From an uncultured Aminicenantes bacterium (GTDB lineage: Bacteria; Acidobacteriota; Aminicenantia; UBA2199): a stretch of DNA of 64,000 bases. The translations under genes were made by a program, and so were the position numbers. This document shows, piece by piece, positions 38,449 through 49,437 of the stretch. A model generated the notes under the pieces. It ran no database searches. It worked only from the letters and a program-made list of their open reading frames with translations, and was not told the origin of the DNA. The DNA lies in assembly GCA_965195285.1 (NCBI GenBank), contig CBDAFS010000012.1:76056-140055 (forward strand), in the 5' to 3' direction. Numbering within the stretch: position 1 is the first letter of the stretch; every line of letters starts with the position of its first letter.

Positions 38449-39695
38449 GGAGACAGGACCTCGCCTTCACAGATATTTTCATTGATGAGGTGTTTGATTT
38501 TGAGTTTGACTTTCTTCTTTTTGAATCCCGTTAAGGGTGGGACTCGAACGGTCAGAAAGTTGTCGGTGACGATGAGGGAATAGTTGTCGTTTTCCTCGAT
38601 CAGGATACCTTCCAGGATTTTTCCCAGGAACTTTTCCCGGTAACGCAGGCGAAGCTCGGTATTGATTTCCTTGAGAATCTTCACCCGTTTTTTAATAATG
38701 TTCTGGGCAACAGGTTCAAGATTATAAGCAGCGGTTCCCTCACGGGGTGAAAATGGGAAAACATGCAGGTAATTCAGGGGGGTTTGATTGATCAGGTCCA
38801 GGCTTTCCTGAAAATTGTTTTCACTCTCCTCGGGGAAACCCACAATGATATCGGCACCGAAATTGGCATCCGGGAAAAACTTGGAAAAGACATTCATCAT
38901 CTTTTTAAAATCATCTGACTTCAACCCCCGTTTCATTTTTCTTAAAATCGTGTTGCTGCCGCTCTGCAGGGAAAGGTGAAAACTCCGGGCCAGATTGTTT
39001 ATATAGCTAAGTTCCTTGATAAAACCATACTTGATGTAGCGGGGATCCAGAGAACTGAGCCGGATAAACTCAAGGTTTTTTATTTCACTGATTTTCTTGA
39101 CCAGGTTCAGTAAGTTTTGGCGGGGAAACAGATCATAGCCATAGGAAGAGAGGTTGATTCCGGTCAGTACGATTTCCCGGTATCCCAGCAAGGCAAAATA
39201 CCTGGCCCTGTCCAGTATTTCTTCCAGGGGAGAACTGGTTGATTTACCCCTTAAATAGGGGACAATGCAGAAAGAGCACCTGTGGTTGCATCCGTCCTGG
39301 ATTTTTAAAAAAATCCTGGACCTGAATGAAGAGTGAAAAATGATATTTTCATTTTTTACCGGAAATAACTGCCTGATGGTTTCGGTCAGGCCCTGTTTTT
39401 GCTGGTTGTCAATGAATATATAATCCTTGAATCGTTCGGCCAGCCGGGCAGTTTCCTTGGTGACGGTACAGCCGGTAACAATCCATTTTTTGTGGGTGTT
39501 TTTATAGATTTTATTGATAAACCGCAAGACATCCCGTTCGGCCCTCTGGGTTACACTGCAGGTATTGATAATGCCGAAATCGGCTTCCTGGAGGGAACTG
39601 ACCAGCTGGTAGCCTGAATTTTCCAATACGATGATCCATTCCTGAACTTCTGCTTGATTGGTTCGGCAACCAAAGTATTTGACATAAAACTTCAT
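38445..39695 (-). CDS. mtaB: tRNA methylthiotransferase, MtaB-like radical SAM
   Basis: UPF0004 N-terminus (GCRTNQAE, INTCSVT), KIQDGCNHRCSFC, FSPREGT. Confidence 0.85.
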   Translation of the reverse strand: MKFYVKYFGCRTNQAEVQEWIIVLENSGYQLVSSLQEADFGIINTCSVTQRAERDVLRFINKIYKNTHKKWIVTGCTVTKETARLAERFKDYIFIDNQQKQGLTETIRQLFPVKNENIIFHSSFRSRIFLKIQDGCNHRCSFCIVPYLRGKSTSSPLEEILDRARYFALLGYREIVLTGINLSSYGYDLFPRQNLLNLVKKISEIKNLEFIRLSSLDPRYIKYGFIKELSYINNLARSFHLSLQSGSNTILRKMKRGLKSDDFKKMMNVFSKFFPDANFGADIIVGFPEESENNFQESLDLINQTPLNYLHVFPFSPREGTAAYNLEPVAQNIIKKRVKILKEINTELRLRYREKFLGKILEGILIEENDNYSLIVTDNFLTVRVPPLTGFKKKKVKLKIKHLINENICEGEVLSP

Positions 39696-40195
39696 TCAGT
39701 TTTTAACTTTTTTTTGAGTTTCCGGCTTTTATCAACGACCTGCTGCTTCTGTTCCTCCCTGAAATCGGCCAGTTGCTGTTTCAGGGCAGGATTGGCTAAG
39801 GATAGAATATGGACGGCAAACAGGATAGCATTTACCCCGCCAGAGTTTCCAATTCCAAAGGTTGCCACCGGGATTCCTCCCGGCATTTGAACAATGGAAT
39901 AGAGGGAATCCATTCCGGATAATTTTGAATCAATGGGAACCCCCAGAACCGGAAGCAGGGTATGGGCGGCGATAACACCGGGGAGGTGAGCCGCGCCTCC
40001 GGCTGCAGCAATGATAACCTCAATGCCTGCGTTTTCATATTTTTTGATCAGCTCCAGGGTCCTGTCCGGTGTCCGGTGAGCAGAACTGACCTCAATTTCA
40101 AAGGTGACATTGAATTTTTTTAAAAGGGAGATTCCTTTTTCCAGGTAGGGAAAGTCGGAATCGCTTCCCATGATTATACCGATTTTTGGATTCAT
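39692..40195 (-). CDS. purE: N5-carboxyaminoimidazole ribonucleotide mutase
   Basis: IIMGSDSD, SAHRTP and AAHLPG motifs. Confidence 0.96.
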   Translation of the reverse strand: MNPKIGIIMGSDSDFPYLEKGISLLKKFNVTFEIEVSSAHRTPDRTLELIKKYENAGIEVIIAAAGGAAHLPGVIAAHTLLPVLGVPIDSKLSGMDSLYSIVQMPGGIPVATFGIGNSGGVNAILFAVHILSLANPALKQQLADFREEQKQQVVDKSRKLKKKLKTE

Positions 40196-41454
40196 TTTTT
40201 TACCTTCCCTATATCGGTCCGATAATATATATTATCGAAGGTGATAAAAGATATGGCATCATATATTTTTTTCATGGCATCCTTCAAATTGGAACTCAGG
40301 GTACAGATATTCAGTACCCGGCCGCCCGAGGTATAATAATTTTTATCTTTGGCAGTGGTTCCGGCATGGAAAATTTCAACCCCCAGAGATTTGGCTCGCT
40401 CCAGGCCTTCGATTTTCATGCCGGTTTCGTGTTTTGAAGGGTATCCCTTGGAAGACAGCACCACACATCCGGCCACCTTTTCATCCCATTCAACCGGAAT
40501 ATCAAACAGACTGCCCTCGGCAGCCCCTTCCATCAAGTCCACGATATCACTCTTCAGTCTCAGTATGATGGCCTGGGTTTCCGGATCCCCGAATCTCACA
40601 TTAAATTCCAGCACCTTGGGGCCCTCGGGAGTTATCATCAGGCCAGCATAGAGGACTCCCCTGAATTCCCTGCCTTCCCGGCGCAGGCCTTCAATCGTCG
40701 GTATGATGACTGTTTTCATAATAATCGTATAGAGGTTTTTATCACTTTTTGGAGAAGGGGATATGGCACCCATGCCTCCGGTATTGGGTCCCCGGTCATA
40801 ATCAAATATTTTTTTATAATCCATGGCCGAAACCAGAGGAATGGCCCGCTTTCCATCCGAAATGACCAGAAAAGACATCTCCTGTCCTCTTAAAAGTTCC
40901 TCGATGATAATGCGTTCTCCAGCCTTTCCGAACTTTTTTTCCACCATAATCGAATCCACAATGGCTTCGGCCTGTTCGGGATTGTTGCAAATAAAGACCC
41001 CTTTGCCACCGGCCAGCCCATCGGCTTTCACCACCACCGGAAAGTTTGCTTTTTTCAGATGTTTTTTGGCATCACTGGGGTAGCCATAGGTAGCAAATTC
41101 AGCGGTCGGGATTTTATTTTTCTCCATAAATTCTTTGGCAAAGATCTTTGAGCTCTCAATCATAGCCGCCATCTGGGTAGGGCCGAATATCTTCAGGTTT
41201 CTTTTGTTAAATTCATCGGCAATACCCAGCGACAGGGGGAGTTCGGGGCCAACAATGGTTAAATCAATTTTTTCCTCCTGAGCGAAGTCTGCGATTTCAA
41301 TGATATTGGAGGCTTTTATATCAATTGTCTGGGCGAGCTCCTCCATGCCTGCATTTCCGGGAATGGCATAAATTTTTTTCACTTTTTTTGATTGGGAAAT
41401 TTTCCAGACCAGAGCATGTTCCCGGCCGCCCGAACCGATTACTAAAATTTTCAT
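40192..41454 (-). CDS. purD: Phosphoribosylamine--glycine ligase
   Basis: GSGGREHAL, KADGLAGGKGV, GPNTGGMG and RFGDPETQ motifs. Confidence 0.97.
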   Translation of the reverse strand: MKILVIGSGGREHALVWKISQSKKVKKIYAIPGNAGMEELAQTIDIKASNIIEIADFAQEEKIDLTIVGPELPLSLGIADEFNKRNLKIFGPTQMAAMIESSKIFAKEFMEKNKIPTAEFATYGYPSDAKKHLKKANFPVVVKADGLAGGKGVFICNNPEQAEAIVDSIMVEKKFGKAGERIIIEELLRGQEMSFLVISDGKRAIPLVSAMDYKKIFDYDRGPNTGGMGAISPSPKSDKNLYTIIMKTVIIPTIEGLRREGREFRGVLYAGLMITPEGPKVLEFNVRFGDPETQAIILRLKSDIVDLMEGAAEGSLFDIPVEWDEKVAGCVVLSSKGYPSKHETGMKIEGLERAKSLGVEIFHAGTTAKDKNYYTSGGRVLNICTLSSNLKDAMKKIYDAISFITFDNIYYRTDIGKVKK

Positions 41455-41614
41455 GTTTGCTCCTTATCTAATGTCAGCACCCCATACCGCTGCAGCTGAG
41501 TATTGAAGTACAAAAATAATTTTAAAATCTATTATATACAAATTATAAGAAAAAAACAGATCATTCTCAAGTATTTTAACCCAATGAAATTTATTTATTG
41601 GAAATAATTGAGGT

Positions 41615-41643
41615 TTGACAACCCGGATCGTTTGGGCTACCAT
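41615..41643 (+). promoter_or_regulatory. Sigma-70-type promoter of the moxR operon
   Basis: TTGACA-N17-TACCAT. Confidence 0.6.
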
Positions 41644-41696
41644 TTTAAGTATCAGCAATGATGGGTGACATGTGTATTTTTAACAGCGAGGGCTAA

Positions 41697-42620
41697 ATGA
41701 AAGATGAAATTGATGCAGTTGTCAATCAGGTTGGCCGGATCATACTGGGCAAGCAGAAGGAAATCAAATTGGTGATGGCCTGTTTGCTGGCCCGGGGGCA
41801 TTTGTTGATCGAGGACATACCCGGGGTAGGGAAAACCACCATGGCCCAGGCACTGGCCAGAACCCTGGGGCTTCAGTACAATCGCATCCAGTTTACCAGT
41901 GACCTGCTACCTGCCGATGTGGTGGGTGTTTCTGTTTTTAATCGGGAAACCCAAAAATTCAAATTCCATCCTGGCCCGCTGTTCGGTCAGATGGTGTTGG
42001 TGGATGAGTTGAATCGGGCCACTCCCCGAACCCAGAGTGCACTGCTTGAGGCCATGGAAGAACGCCAGGTTTCAATTGATTCCATTACCTATCCGCTTCC
42101 CGAACCGTTTTTTGTCATTGCTACCCAGAATCAGCGCTACCATGTGGGGACCTTTCCCCTGCCCGAGTCTCAACTGGACCGCTTTTTCATGAGGATCCGA
42201 CTGGGTTACCCGGACCATGCGGCTGAACGACAGCTCCTGACTGGCGAAAACCGGCAGGCCATGTTGAAAAAAATGAGCCCGGTCATATTGGTGTCCAGAT
42301 TGCTTGAACTTCAGGAAAAAGTGATTCAGGTCCATACTTCGCCGGCTATCCTGGATTATGTTCAAAATATCATTACTGCCAGCCGCCACACCCAGCAATA
42401 TCTGGGGCTCTCTCCCCGGGCTGGTATTGCCCTGCTCCATGCCGCCCAGGGCTATGCCCTTACCCAAGGCAGAGATCTGGTTTTACCCGAGGATGTTCAG
42501 CAAGTAGCCGGAAGTGTGCTGGAACACCGCTTGAACCCGGAGGGAAGCAAGGTCAAAGGGAGTGGATTCAGTGCTTCGGAAAATTTGATATCTTCATTGT
42601 CGGTTGACCCGGTTTCCTGA
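41697..42620 (+). CDS. MoxR family AAA+ ATPase
   Basis: HLLIEDIPGVGKT, RIQFTSDLLPAD and FPLPESQLDRF motifs. Confidence 0.93.
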   Translation: MKDEIDAVVNQVGRIILGKQKEIKLVMACLLARGHLLIEDIPGVGKTTMAQALARTLGLQYNRIQFTSDLLPADVVGVSVFNRETQKFKFHPGPLFGQMVLVDELNRATPRTQSALLEAMEERQVSIDSITYPLPEPFFVIATQNQRYHVGTFPLPESQLDRFFMRIRLGYPDHAAERQLLTGENRQAMLKKMSPVILVSRLLELQEKVIQVHTSPAILDYVQNIITASRHTQQYLGLSPRAGIALLHAAQGYALTQGRDLVLPEDVQQVAGSVLEHRLNPEGSKVKGSGFSASENLISSLSVDPVS

Positions 42621-42635
42621 ACTGTTTGATAACAG

Positions 42636-43580
42636 ATGAAGGTGGATGCAATACATCAAGAGATGCGGGGGGTGGTGATGCAGCAGAGAGAACGCTGGCG
42701 GTTGTTCCCCACTCGCTCGGGATTGATCGGACTGGTCATACTCGTGGCCATGTTCATTGCCAGTATGAACTATGGCAATACCCTGGCTTATGTGCTCTGT
42801 TTTTTTATTCTGAGTGTAATGACGGTTTCTTCTGTTTATACGCAATATAATTTATCCGGATTGCAGATTAAATCAATTCAAGCCCAGCCGGTGTTTGCCG
42901 GCGGTAACGTTCTTTTCAGGATCGACATTCGAAATGGATCCAGTATGGAACGGGTAGCGGTATTCATGGCCTCACCGGACTGCCACAATCCTGGTGATTA
43001 TGTGGGTCCTTTTTCTTTTCCACCCCGTATGATCACTTCAATTGATTTCTCCATGCCCGCTCCCCGGAGGGGATTGCATACCCTGTACTCAATTACCATG
43101 GAGACCGTTTATCCACTGGGTCTGTTTCGAAAATGGGGGCTGATTCCGGTCAACCAAGAATATCTGGTTTTCCCCAGACCAGCAGGACTCCGATCATGGC
43201 CACCTCCTCTGACCATGTGGTTTGAAAATGTGGAGGGATTTCACTTCAGCGGAGGAGATGACTTTACCGGTCTCCGGTCCTACCGGCCGGGTGAGCCCCA
43301 GCACCATATTGATTGGAAGGCCTATGCCCGCGGGCGCCCTCTCAGCATCAAGGAGTTTTCCGGTGGAGGTTCGTTTCAACAGTGGTTCGAATGGTCGGTG
43401 TTATCTCAGATGTCGACCGAAGACCGCTTATCCCAGTTGACACGCTGGGTGCTGGAGGCAGACCAGCATGGCAAGGAATTCGGACTCAGGCTGCCGGGAA
43501 TGGAGATAGAACCGGATTCTTCCAGCCTCCATACCCTGAGATGCCTGAAAGAATTGGCTATTTTTGATGACAAACGATGA
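42636..43580 (+). CDS. DUF58 domain membrane protein
   Basis: Two N-terminal TMs and DFTGLRSYRPGE...IDWKAYAR motif. Confidence 0.88.
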   Translation: MKVDAIHQEMRGVVMQQRERWRLFPTRSGLIGLVILVAMFIASMNYGNTLAYVLCFFILSVMTVSSVYTQYNLSGLQIKSIQAQPVFAGGNVLFRIDIRNGSSMERVAVFMASPDCHNPGDYVGPFSFPPRMITSIDFSMPAPRRGLHTLYSITMETVYPLGLFRKWGLIPVNQEYLVFPRPAGLRSWPPPLTMWFENVEGFHFSGGDDFTGLRSYRPGEPQHHIDWKAYARGRPLSIKEFSGGGSFQQWFEWSVLSQMSTEDRLSQLTRWVLEADQHGKEFGLRLPGMEIEPDSSSLHTLRCLKELAIFDDKR

Positions 43581-45604
43581 AACTGGCGAATATACTGCTC
43601 TCCCCTGAGCTTCCGATTTCCCGAAGGGATCTGGGCCGTCTGATTTTTTGTCTTCTGGTTGTGGTTTTGTTTTTAATTTCCAATACTCCGCTCTGGGCCA
43701 TCGCGGGTTGTTTCCTGGTGGTTCTGTGGAGGTACTATCTGATGGTCCGGGAAAAACCGCTCCCCCCCCGCAGCTTACGTCTGGTTTTGACTATTGCGGC
43801 TTTTATAGCCATTTACATTCACTACCGCTCTTTTCTGGGCCGGGATCCGGGTATTACCGCCCTGGTGTTGCTTTCGGCCCTGAAGCTTATTGAACTTAAA
43901 TCCATTCGCGATTTTCTGGTGGTGATTTTTTTATGTTATTTTCTGGTTCTGGGTGTTTGTCTATATAATCAATCGATGTTATCCATGGCATTGATGTTGG
44001 TGATGGCTGTGGGATTGACGTCCATTGTTCTGGGGGTCAATCATCCGGTCCTAGCGGAGCAGCGAAAGGCTTTCGGTAGTTTGAAACAATCGTTCAAACT
44101 GGTCCTGTTATCGCTTCCCCTGGTGGTCGTTCTTTTTTTATTATTTCCCAGAAGTTCGGGGCCGTTATGGGACCTCCCCCAGGGAGGAACCGGATTCGGA
44201 CGGTCGGGATTCAGTGAGGTTATCCGCCCGGGTTATATTGCCTGGCTGGCTCAGTCCGACGAGACCGCTTTCAGGGTGACTTTTCCCGATAACAATATGC
44301 CCCCTTATTCAGATCTTTACTTTCGGGGGCTGGTACTCTGGTTTACCGATGGGCAAGCCTGGTTTCACGGGTTTTTCCCCTATCGGAATCCCTCCCGAAT
44401 ACCGGTTCCCGGAAATGCCATTCACCAGGAAATCCTTCTGGAACCCCATTACAGCCGGTATCTGTTTGCTCTGGACAGGCCGGTGGTTTTCCCTTCCTGG
44501 GCAGGTCAGTTACCGGGATGGAGTTTTCGAACCAAGAAACCGGTTGAAAGGCATTTGCGGTATTCGGTTTATTCGGTTCTGCCTGTCAACTCGCCTTCAA
44601 CCCTGCATCCGGCAACCAGAAAATGGGCCCTTCAGCTTCCTAAAAAATTGAACCCGCGGATCATACAACTGGGCAGAAATTTCCGACTGACTTCAGCCAA
44701 TGACCGGAAAATTTTAAATGCGGTTTTGCATTATTTCAGTGATCCTGCCTTTGAGTATACCCTGAATCCCGGTTTTTTAAATCGCGATGATCCGATCGGA
44801 GATTTTCTGTTCAGAAGCCGTAAGGGATTCTGTGAACATTTTGCCTCGGCTTTTGCCCTGTTGATGAGGATTGCCGGTGTTCCCGCCCGGGTAGTGGTGG
44901 GTTTCCACGGTGGGAAGTATAATCCCATCGGGAAATACCTGGAACTGCGCCGGGCCGATGCCCATGCTTGGGCTGAAGTGTGGATTGAAACAAGAGGTTG
45001 GCAACGTATCGATCCCACGGCTGTGGTATCACCGGAGCGGATCGAATACGGGGCGGAAATCACCAACTCTATTTCATCTCTGGGCTTGGTTTCCGATGCC
45101 GAGCGGTCGGAAATGATTCGGCGGAGACTGAACAAGAATTTTCTGAGCAAGGTCTGGGAAACCATTGAAAATATCTGGGATAACCTGAATAGCAATTGGA
45201 ATTACTGGGTGATCAGTTTTGACCAGGACCAGCAGAAAAGTTTTCTGGAAGATATTGGCTTGGTGGATTTAAGCGGTTTCACCATGGTCTTTTTGGTGGT
45301 TTTTTTGGCCGGGGTTCTCTTAAGCCTGGTTTCTCAAATTTTCAAACGCCGTTCTTTCAGACCGGAACCCCTGATGAAAATCTATTATCGGTTCTGTCAA
45401 AAAATGGAGAGAAAGGGATTGAAACGCCGCCGGTGGGAAGGCCCCCTGGATTTTAAAAACCGCATCATCCGGAAATTCCCTGAAAGCCGGGAGACTGTTG
45501 AAGCCATCATTTATCTGTATATTGCCATGAGGTATGGAACCCGGTCACCGTCAAAGCAAAGATTGAATAAGATGAAACAGCACCTGCGCCAGTTAACCCT
45601 TTAA
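43577..45604 (+). CDS. Transglutaminase-like protein TgpA (DUF3488 + TGc + DUF4129)
   Basis: Multi-TM N-terminus; catalytic GFCEHFASA, HAWAEV and DPT. Confidence 0.9.
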   Translation: MKLANILLSPELPISRRDLGRLIFCLLVVVLFLISNTPLWAIAGCFLVVLWRYYLMVREKPLPPRSLRLVLTIAAFIAIYIHYRSFLGRDPGITALVLLSALKLIELKSIRDFLVVIFLCYFLVLGVCLYNQSMLSMALMLVMAVGLTSIVLGVNHPVLAEQRKAFGSLKQSFKLVLLSLPLVVVLFLLFPRSSGPLWDLPQGGTGFGRSGFSEVIRPGYIAWLAQSDETAFRVTFPDNNMPPYSDLYFRGLVLWFTDGQAWFHGFFPYRNPSRIPVPGNAIHQEILLEPHYSRYLFALDRPVVFPSWAGQLPGWSFRTKKPVERHLRYSVYSVLPVNSPSTLHPATRKWALQLPKKLNPRIIQLGRNFRLTSANDRKILNAVLHYFSDPAFEYTLNPGFLNRDDPIGDFLFRSRKGFCEHFASAFALLMRIAGVPARVVVGFHGGKYNPIGKYLELRRADAHAWAEVWIETRGWQRIDPTAVVSPERIEYGAEITNSISSLGLVSDAERSEMIRRRLNKNFLSKVWETIENIWDNLNSNWNYWVISFDQDQQKSFLEDIGLVDLSGFTMVFLVVFLAGVLLSLVSQIFKRRSFRPEPLMKIYYRFCQKMERKGLKRRRWEGPLDFKNRIIRKFPESRETVEAIIYLYIAMRYGTRSPSKQRLNKMKQHLRQLTL

Positions 45605-46510
45605 TCCGGATTTGTTCTTAAAAATGCCCTTGAGGGTATCATATTTTTCCAGCAGGATTCCCCCCACGATCAATAATAGACCGACAAATGAGGAGAATAG
45701 AATTTTTTCTCCCACCAGTTGATGAATGAAAATCAGAGAAATGAAGGGCATGATATATATCAGGATGCTGATTTTGGCTGTGGTTTCTGATAATTTCAGG
45801 GCTTTTAACCAGAAGTAGAAGGTGATGCCCATTTCAAAAAGTCCGGTATAGATGGCACCGGCTATCCCCTCTATTTCAGGAATCCGGATCGGATGGAATA
45901 GGATGAAGTAAATAAAAACAAAAAGAGTACCGAAGCAAAAGTTCAAAAACAGGCGGATCAGGGGATCTCTGTGATCCCGTGTGGTGATTAACCAGTAGAG
46001 GGACCACAGGACCGAACTGCCCAGGGCCAGGGATATGCCCAGGGGATTTTTGATTTGCAGTAGAGCCAGTTGCCCTTCGGTGGAGATCACAATGACCCCG
46101 GCAAAGCTGATAAAAATGGCAACCAATGTACGGACTTTTACCTTTTGTTTCAGGATGGGGATGGCCAGAATAACCATGACAATCCCCCAGATCAGGTTCA
46201 GAGGTTGGGCCTGCTGGGCCGGGAGTAGTGAATAGGCCTTGAACACAAAAAGGTAATACAGAAACGGGCTCAAAAACCCCATTAAGATGGATAGACCCAG
46301 ATCATGACGGTTCAGGGCCTTTAACAATCCGGTTTTTTTCTGGGCGATCAAAATAAAATAAAGCAATAGGGTTGAAACCAGGGTAGATATCATTAGTAGC
46401 TCAATATAACTCAGATATCGCAGAGTGATTTTAAATACCGAGGCCACCGTAGACCAGAATAGTATGGAAAGGAAGGCATAAAAATAACTTTTTTTCTGGT
46501 TGGTGACCAT
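45593..46510 (-). CDS. DMT/EamA family transporter
   Basis: About 10 TMs in two EamA-like repeats. Confidence 0.85.
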   Translation of the reverse strand: MVTNQKKSYFYAFLSILFWSTVASVFKITLRYLSYIELLMISTLVSTLLLYFILIAQKKTGLLKALNRHDLGLSILMGFLSPFLYYLFVFKAYSLLPAQQAQPLNLIWGIVMVILAIPILKQKVKVRTLVAIFISFAGVIVISTEGQLALLQIKNPLGISLALGSSVLWSLYWLITTRDHRDPLIRLFLNFCFGTLFVFIYFILFHPIRIPEIEGIAGAIYTGLFEMGITFYFWLKALKLSETTAKISILIYIMPFISLIFIHQLVGEKILFSSFVGLLLIVGGILLEKYDTLKGIFKNKSGLKG

Positions 46511-46515
46511 GGGTT

Positions 46516-47937
46516 TCAGCGGTTCAGCTTCTCGGCCATGTTTCGGATAATCTCCCAGGCCCGGTCAACATGTTTTTTTTCAATCCGGGTCTGACCGATA
46601 ACCAGACGCAGGGTGTATTTCCCATTGAGCTTGGTATGGGTCAGGTATATTTTATTTGATTTGTTGATGCTTTCCAACAGGGTCGTATTTATCCGGTTCA
46701 GAATTTCCTCATCATCTATTCCCCGGGGATGGTATCTGAAACAGAGGGTGGCCAGGGGTACCGGGGCCAACATTTCAAAATTTTCCGATTTGCTGATTTC
46801 CACTTCCAGCTCCCGGGCCCAGCGGATATGGTCCCTGATCTTTTCCTGAAGCCCCGTAACCCCGAAATGACGGATGACAAACCACAGTTTCAGGGCCCGG
46901 AATCTTCTACCCAGCTGAATTCCCCAGTCCCGGTAGTTGTTGACCCGCTGGTCTTCCGGGGTTTTTAAATATTCCGGTGAAATTTCAAAGGTCCGGATCA
47001 GGGATTCAGAGCTCTTTACAAAATAAGCCGAACAATCAAAATTGGTGAACATCCATTTGTGGGGATTGAATACAAAGCTGTCCACCTGCTCCATACCCTC
47101 GATCATCCAGCGATTCTCCGGGAGCAGGAGTGCGGTACCGGCATAGGCAGCATCTACATGGAGCCAGATATTATACTTGCGGGCGATGCGGGCGATGGGT
47201 TTAAGGGGGTCGATAGCAGTGGAGCCGGTGGTGCCGATGGCTGCCACTATGGCCAGCGGGTTGTGGCCGTGGTCCAGATCCTCGGTGATGGCTTGCTCCA
47301 GGGCCTGGGGAATCATGGCCTGTTGCTCATCCACCCTGATTTTCCGGAGGTTGTTCTTGCCGATTCCGGCGATTTTCACATCTTTTTCAATTGAAGAGTG
47401 ACTCTCCCGGGAACAGTATACCCTGAATGTTTTCTTCCCGAACAGTCCCTGCTCATTGGTTTTGAAATCAGAATGCTGTTCCCGTGCCGTTAATAATGCA
47501 CACAGGGTAGCGGTTGAAGCCGTGTCTTGAATGACCCCGGAAAAATATTCCGGGATTCCGATCATCCCCCCCAGCCATTGCATTAACCTCTCTTCCAGCT
47601 CGGCAGCAGCCGGGGAGGTCACCCAGCTCATACACTGGGCGCCCATGGTGGCGGTCAACATCTCAGCCAAAATGGAGGGGCAGCTGTTGTTGGCGTTAAA
47701 ATAGGCAAAAAACCCGGGATGTTGCCAGTGCGTCATTCCGGGCAGGATGATGGTCTTGAAATCGTTTAAAATTGTGTCCATGGATTCACCCTGCAGGGGG
47801 GGGTGTTCCGGAAGGTTCCGGATAACCTCACCGGGTTTCAGCCGGGATTTTACCGGATATTGTTCAATATTCTCAAGATATTCTGCCATCCAGTCCACCA
47901 TTTCATGGGCATATTTTTTGAATTCTTCGATATTCAT
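46516..47937 (-). CDS. Group II PLP-dependent decarboxylase (aromatic L-amino acid decarboxylase-like)
   Basis: THWQHP, SPAAAELE, HVDAAYAG, PLP-lysine FNPHKW and LGRRFRALKLW motifs. Confidence 0.9.
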   Translation of the reverse strand: MNIEEFKKYAHEMVDWMAEYLENIEQYPVKSRLKPGEVIRNLPEHPPLQGESMDTILNDFKTIILPGMTHWQHPGFFAYFNANNSCPSILAEMLTATMGAQCMSWVTSPAAAELEERLMQWLGGMIGIPEYFSGVIQDTASTATLCALLTAREQHSDFKTNEQGLFGKKTFRVYCSRESHSSIEKDVKIAGIGKNNLRKIRVDEQQAMIPQALEQAITEDLDHGHNPLAIVAAIGTTGSTAIDPLKPIARIARKYNIWLHVDAAYAGTALLLPENRWMIEGMEQVDSFVFNPHKWMFTNFDCSAYFVKSSESLIRTFEISPEYLKTPEDQRVNNYRDWGIQLGRRFRALKLWFVIRHFGVTGLQEKIRDHIRWARELEVEISKSENFEMLAPVPLATLCFRYHPRGIDDEEILNRINTTLLESINKSNKIYLTHTKLNGKYTLRLVIGQTRIEKKHVDRAWEIIRNMAEKLNR

Positions 47938-48122
47938 CGTGTCTACTGATCGCTCCTTATTTTCTGATATTCACGCAATCATTGCGGAAGTCGGTGATTT
48001 ATATTTTATCATTGATTGATATCGGGTTCAATCGGATTCAGCTGATTCCGGTATTATTGATTTCAGGGTTGGTTGAGGCAAGTTCTTTCTTTTTCGCTGA
48101 TTCCGTAATATAATGACAAGTA

Positions 48123-49433
48123 ATGTCAACCGGATACGGTAGTAAAATTTATAGAAAAAGAAAAAACCGCATGATTCCCGTACTGGTATTCACAGTGTTA
48201 CTGGCGGCCATTTTATTTTTGAGATTATTCGTGGCAAAGACAGCCCGGTCGAATACCCCGGAAAGGGCTAAAATTAAAAATGAACAGAGCCTGATTTCCG
48301 AACCAGGCCCAGAAGATAAAAACCTTATTCAGTACCACTCCCGGCTATCCGGACCTGATGGGAAAGAAGCGGAATCTTTCCGGAAATCTGACGGGATGAC
48401 TGACGGCCATCCGGCTGATGGTCAGCAGGAGGAGGCTGGTTTCAATGCGCAAATCGGGAACCAGCTTCTCCAGGCCCGTTCTTACTTCCGGCACCGACAA
48501 TATCGAAAAGCGCTCGAACTTTTTGAATCCATTGAAGGATCAGCTGAAAATTACTGGGTTGAAATGGGCCAGTGCCATTATTTCCTGGAAGATTTTAAGA
48601 ATGCCCGGCTGTATTTTCAGAGGGCATTGCTGAGTCAGCCGGATGATTTCGCGGCTAAGAAATTTATGGCTTTTACCTGCTATCACCTGGATCAGCTTGA
48701 AACCAGCCTGCAATTTGCCCGGGAAGCCCTTGTCATAAGCCCGGACAAAGAACTTCAGGCTTTCATATCCAGGCTTGGCAGAGAAGTGGACCTGATGAAG
48801 GGGTATGCGGATAAACAAACACCCAATTTTAAAATCATTTTCAGCCGCAGTGAACATGGTGATATCAAACACACGGTCATTGATATTCTGAATAATGCCT
48901 ACCGCACCATCGGGAAAAAATTGGGACATTTTCCGGAGAAAACCATCTCGGTTGTACTTTATAATGAACGGCTTTTTTTTGATATCACCCGGGCCCCGGC
49001 CTGGGCGGGTGGTTTGTTTGATGGGAAAATCAGAATCCCGATCAAGGGAATCAGGGGCCGGGAAGAATTACTCAAGAGGGTGCTCTTTCACGAATATACC
49101 CATGCCCTGGTTCATGATCTGACTCCCAGCTGTCCGTTATGGATCAATGAAGGTCTGGCTGAATATTTTTCCGCCCGGTATCCGAAAGTCATTGGCCAGG
49201 TGATCCCCCTGACTCAATTGGCAAAGGGATTTTCATTCCGGGATTCGAGAATGGTGGCCCTGGCCTACCTGGAGAGTTATTCGGCTATCTCTTTTTTAAT
49301 TTCAAAATTCGGCATGTACCGGATCCGGGAATTGCTGGAAGCCCTGGGTAAGGGAAGCGATTTCCCCGAGGCTTTTGAAACGGTTTTTCTGATCCGTTAC
49401 GAAAAATTTCTGAAAACCTGGGGCAAATACTGA
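48123..49433 (+). CDS. TPR-containing peptidase MA-family metallopeptidase
   Basis: N-terminal TM, TPR-like helices, HEYTH...WINEGLAE gluzincin motif. Confidence 0.8.
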   Translation: MSTGYGSKIYRKRKNRMIPVLVFTVLLAAILFLRLFVAKTARSNTPERAKIKNEQSLISEPGPEDKNLIQYHSRLSGPDGKEAESFRKSDGMTDGHPADGQQEEAGFNAQIGNQLLQARSYFRHRQYRKALELFESIEGSAENYWVEMGQCHYFLEDFKNARLYFQRALLSQPDDFAAKKFMAFTCYHLDQLETSLQFAREALVISPDKELQAFISRLGREVDLMKGYADKQTPNFKIIFSRSEHGDIKHTVIDILNNAYRTIGKKLGHFPEKTISVVLYNERLFFDITRAPAWAGGLFDGKIRIPIKGIRGREELLKRVLFHEYTHALVHDLTPSCPLWINEGLAEYFSARYPKVIGQVIPLTQLAKGFSFRDSRMVALAYLESYSAISFLISKFGMYRIRELLEALGKGSDFPEAFETVFLIRYEKFLKTWGKY

Positions 49434-49437
49434 ATCC

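Noticed and set aside
38445-39695. Second radical SAM as a RiPP maturase
   Set aside because: UPF0004 N-terminus and housekeeping context identify a tRNA methylthiotransferase.
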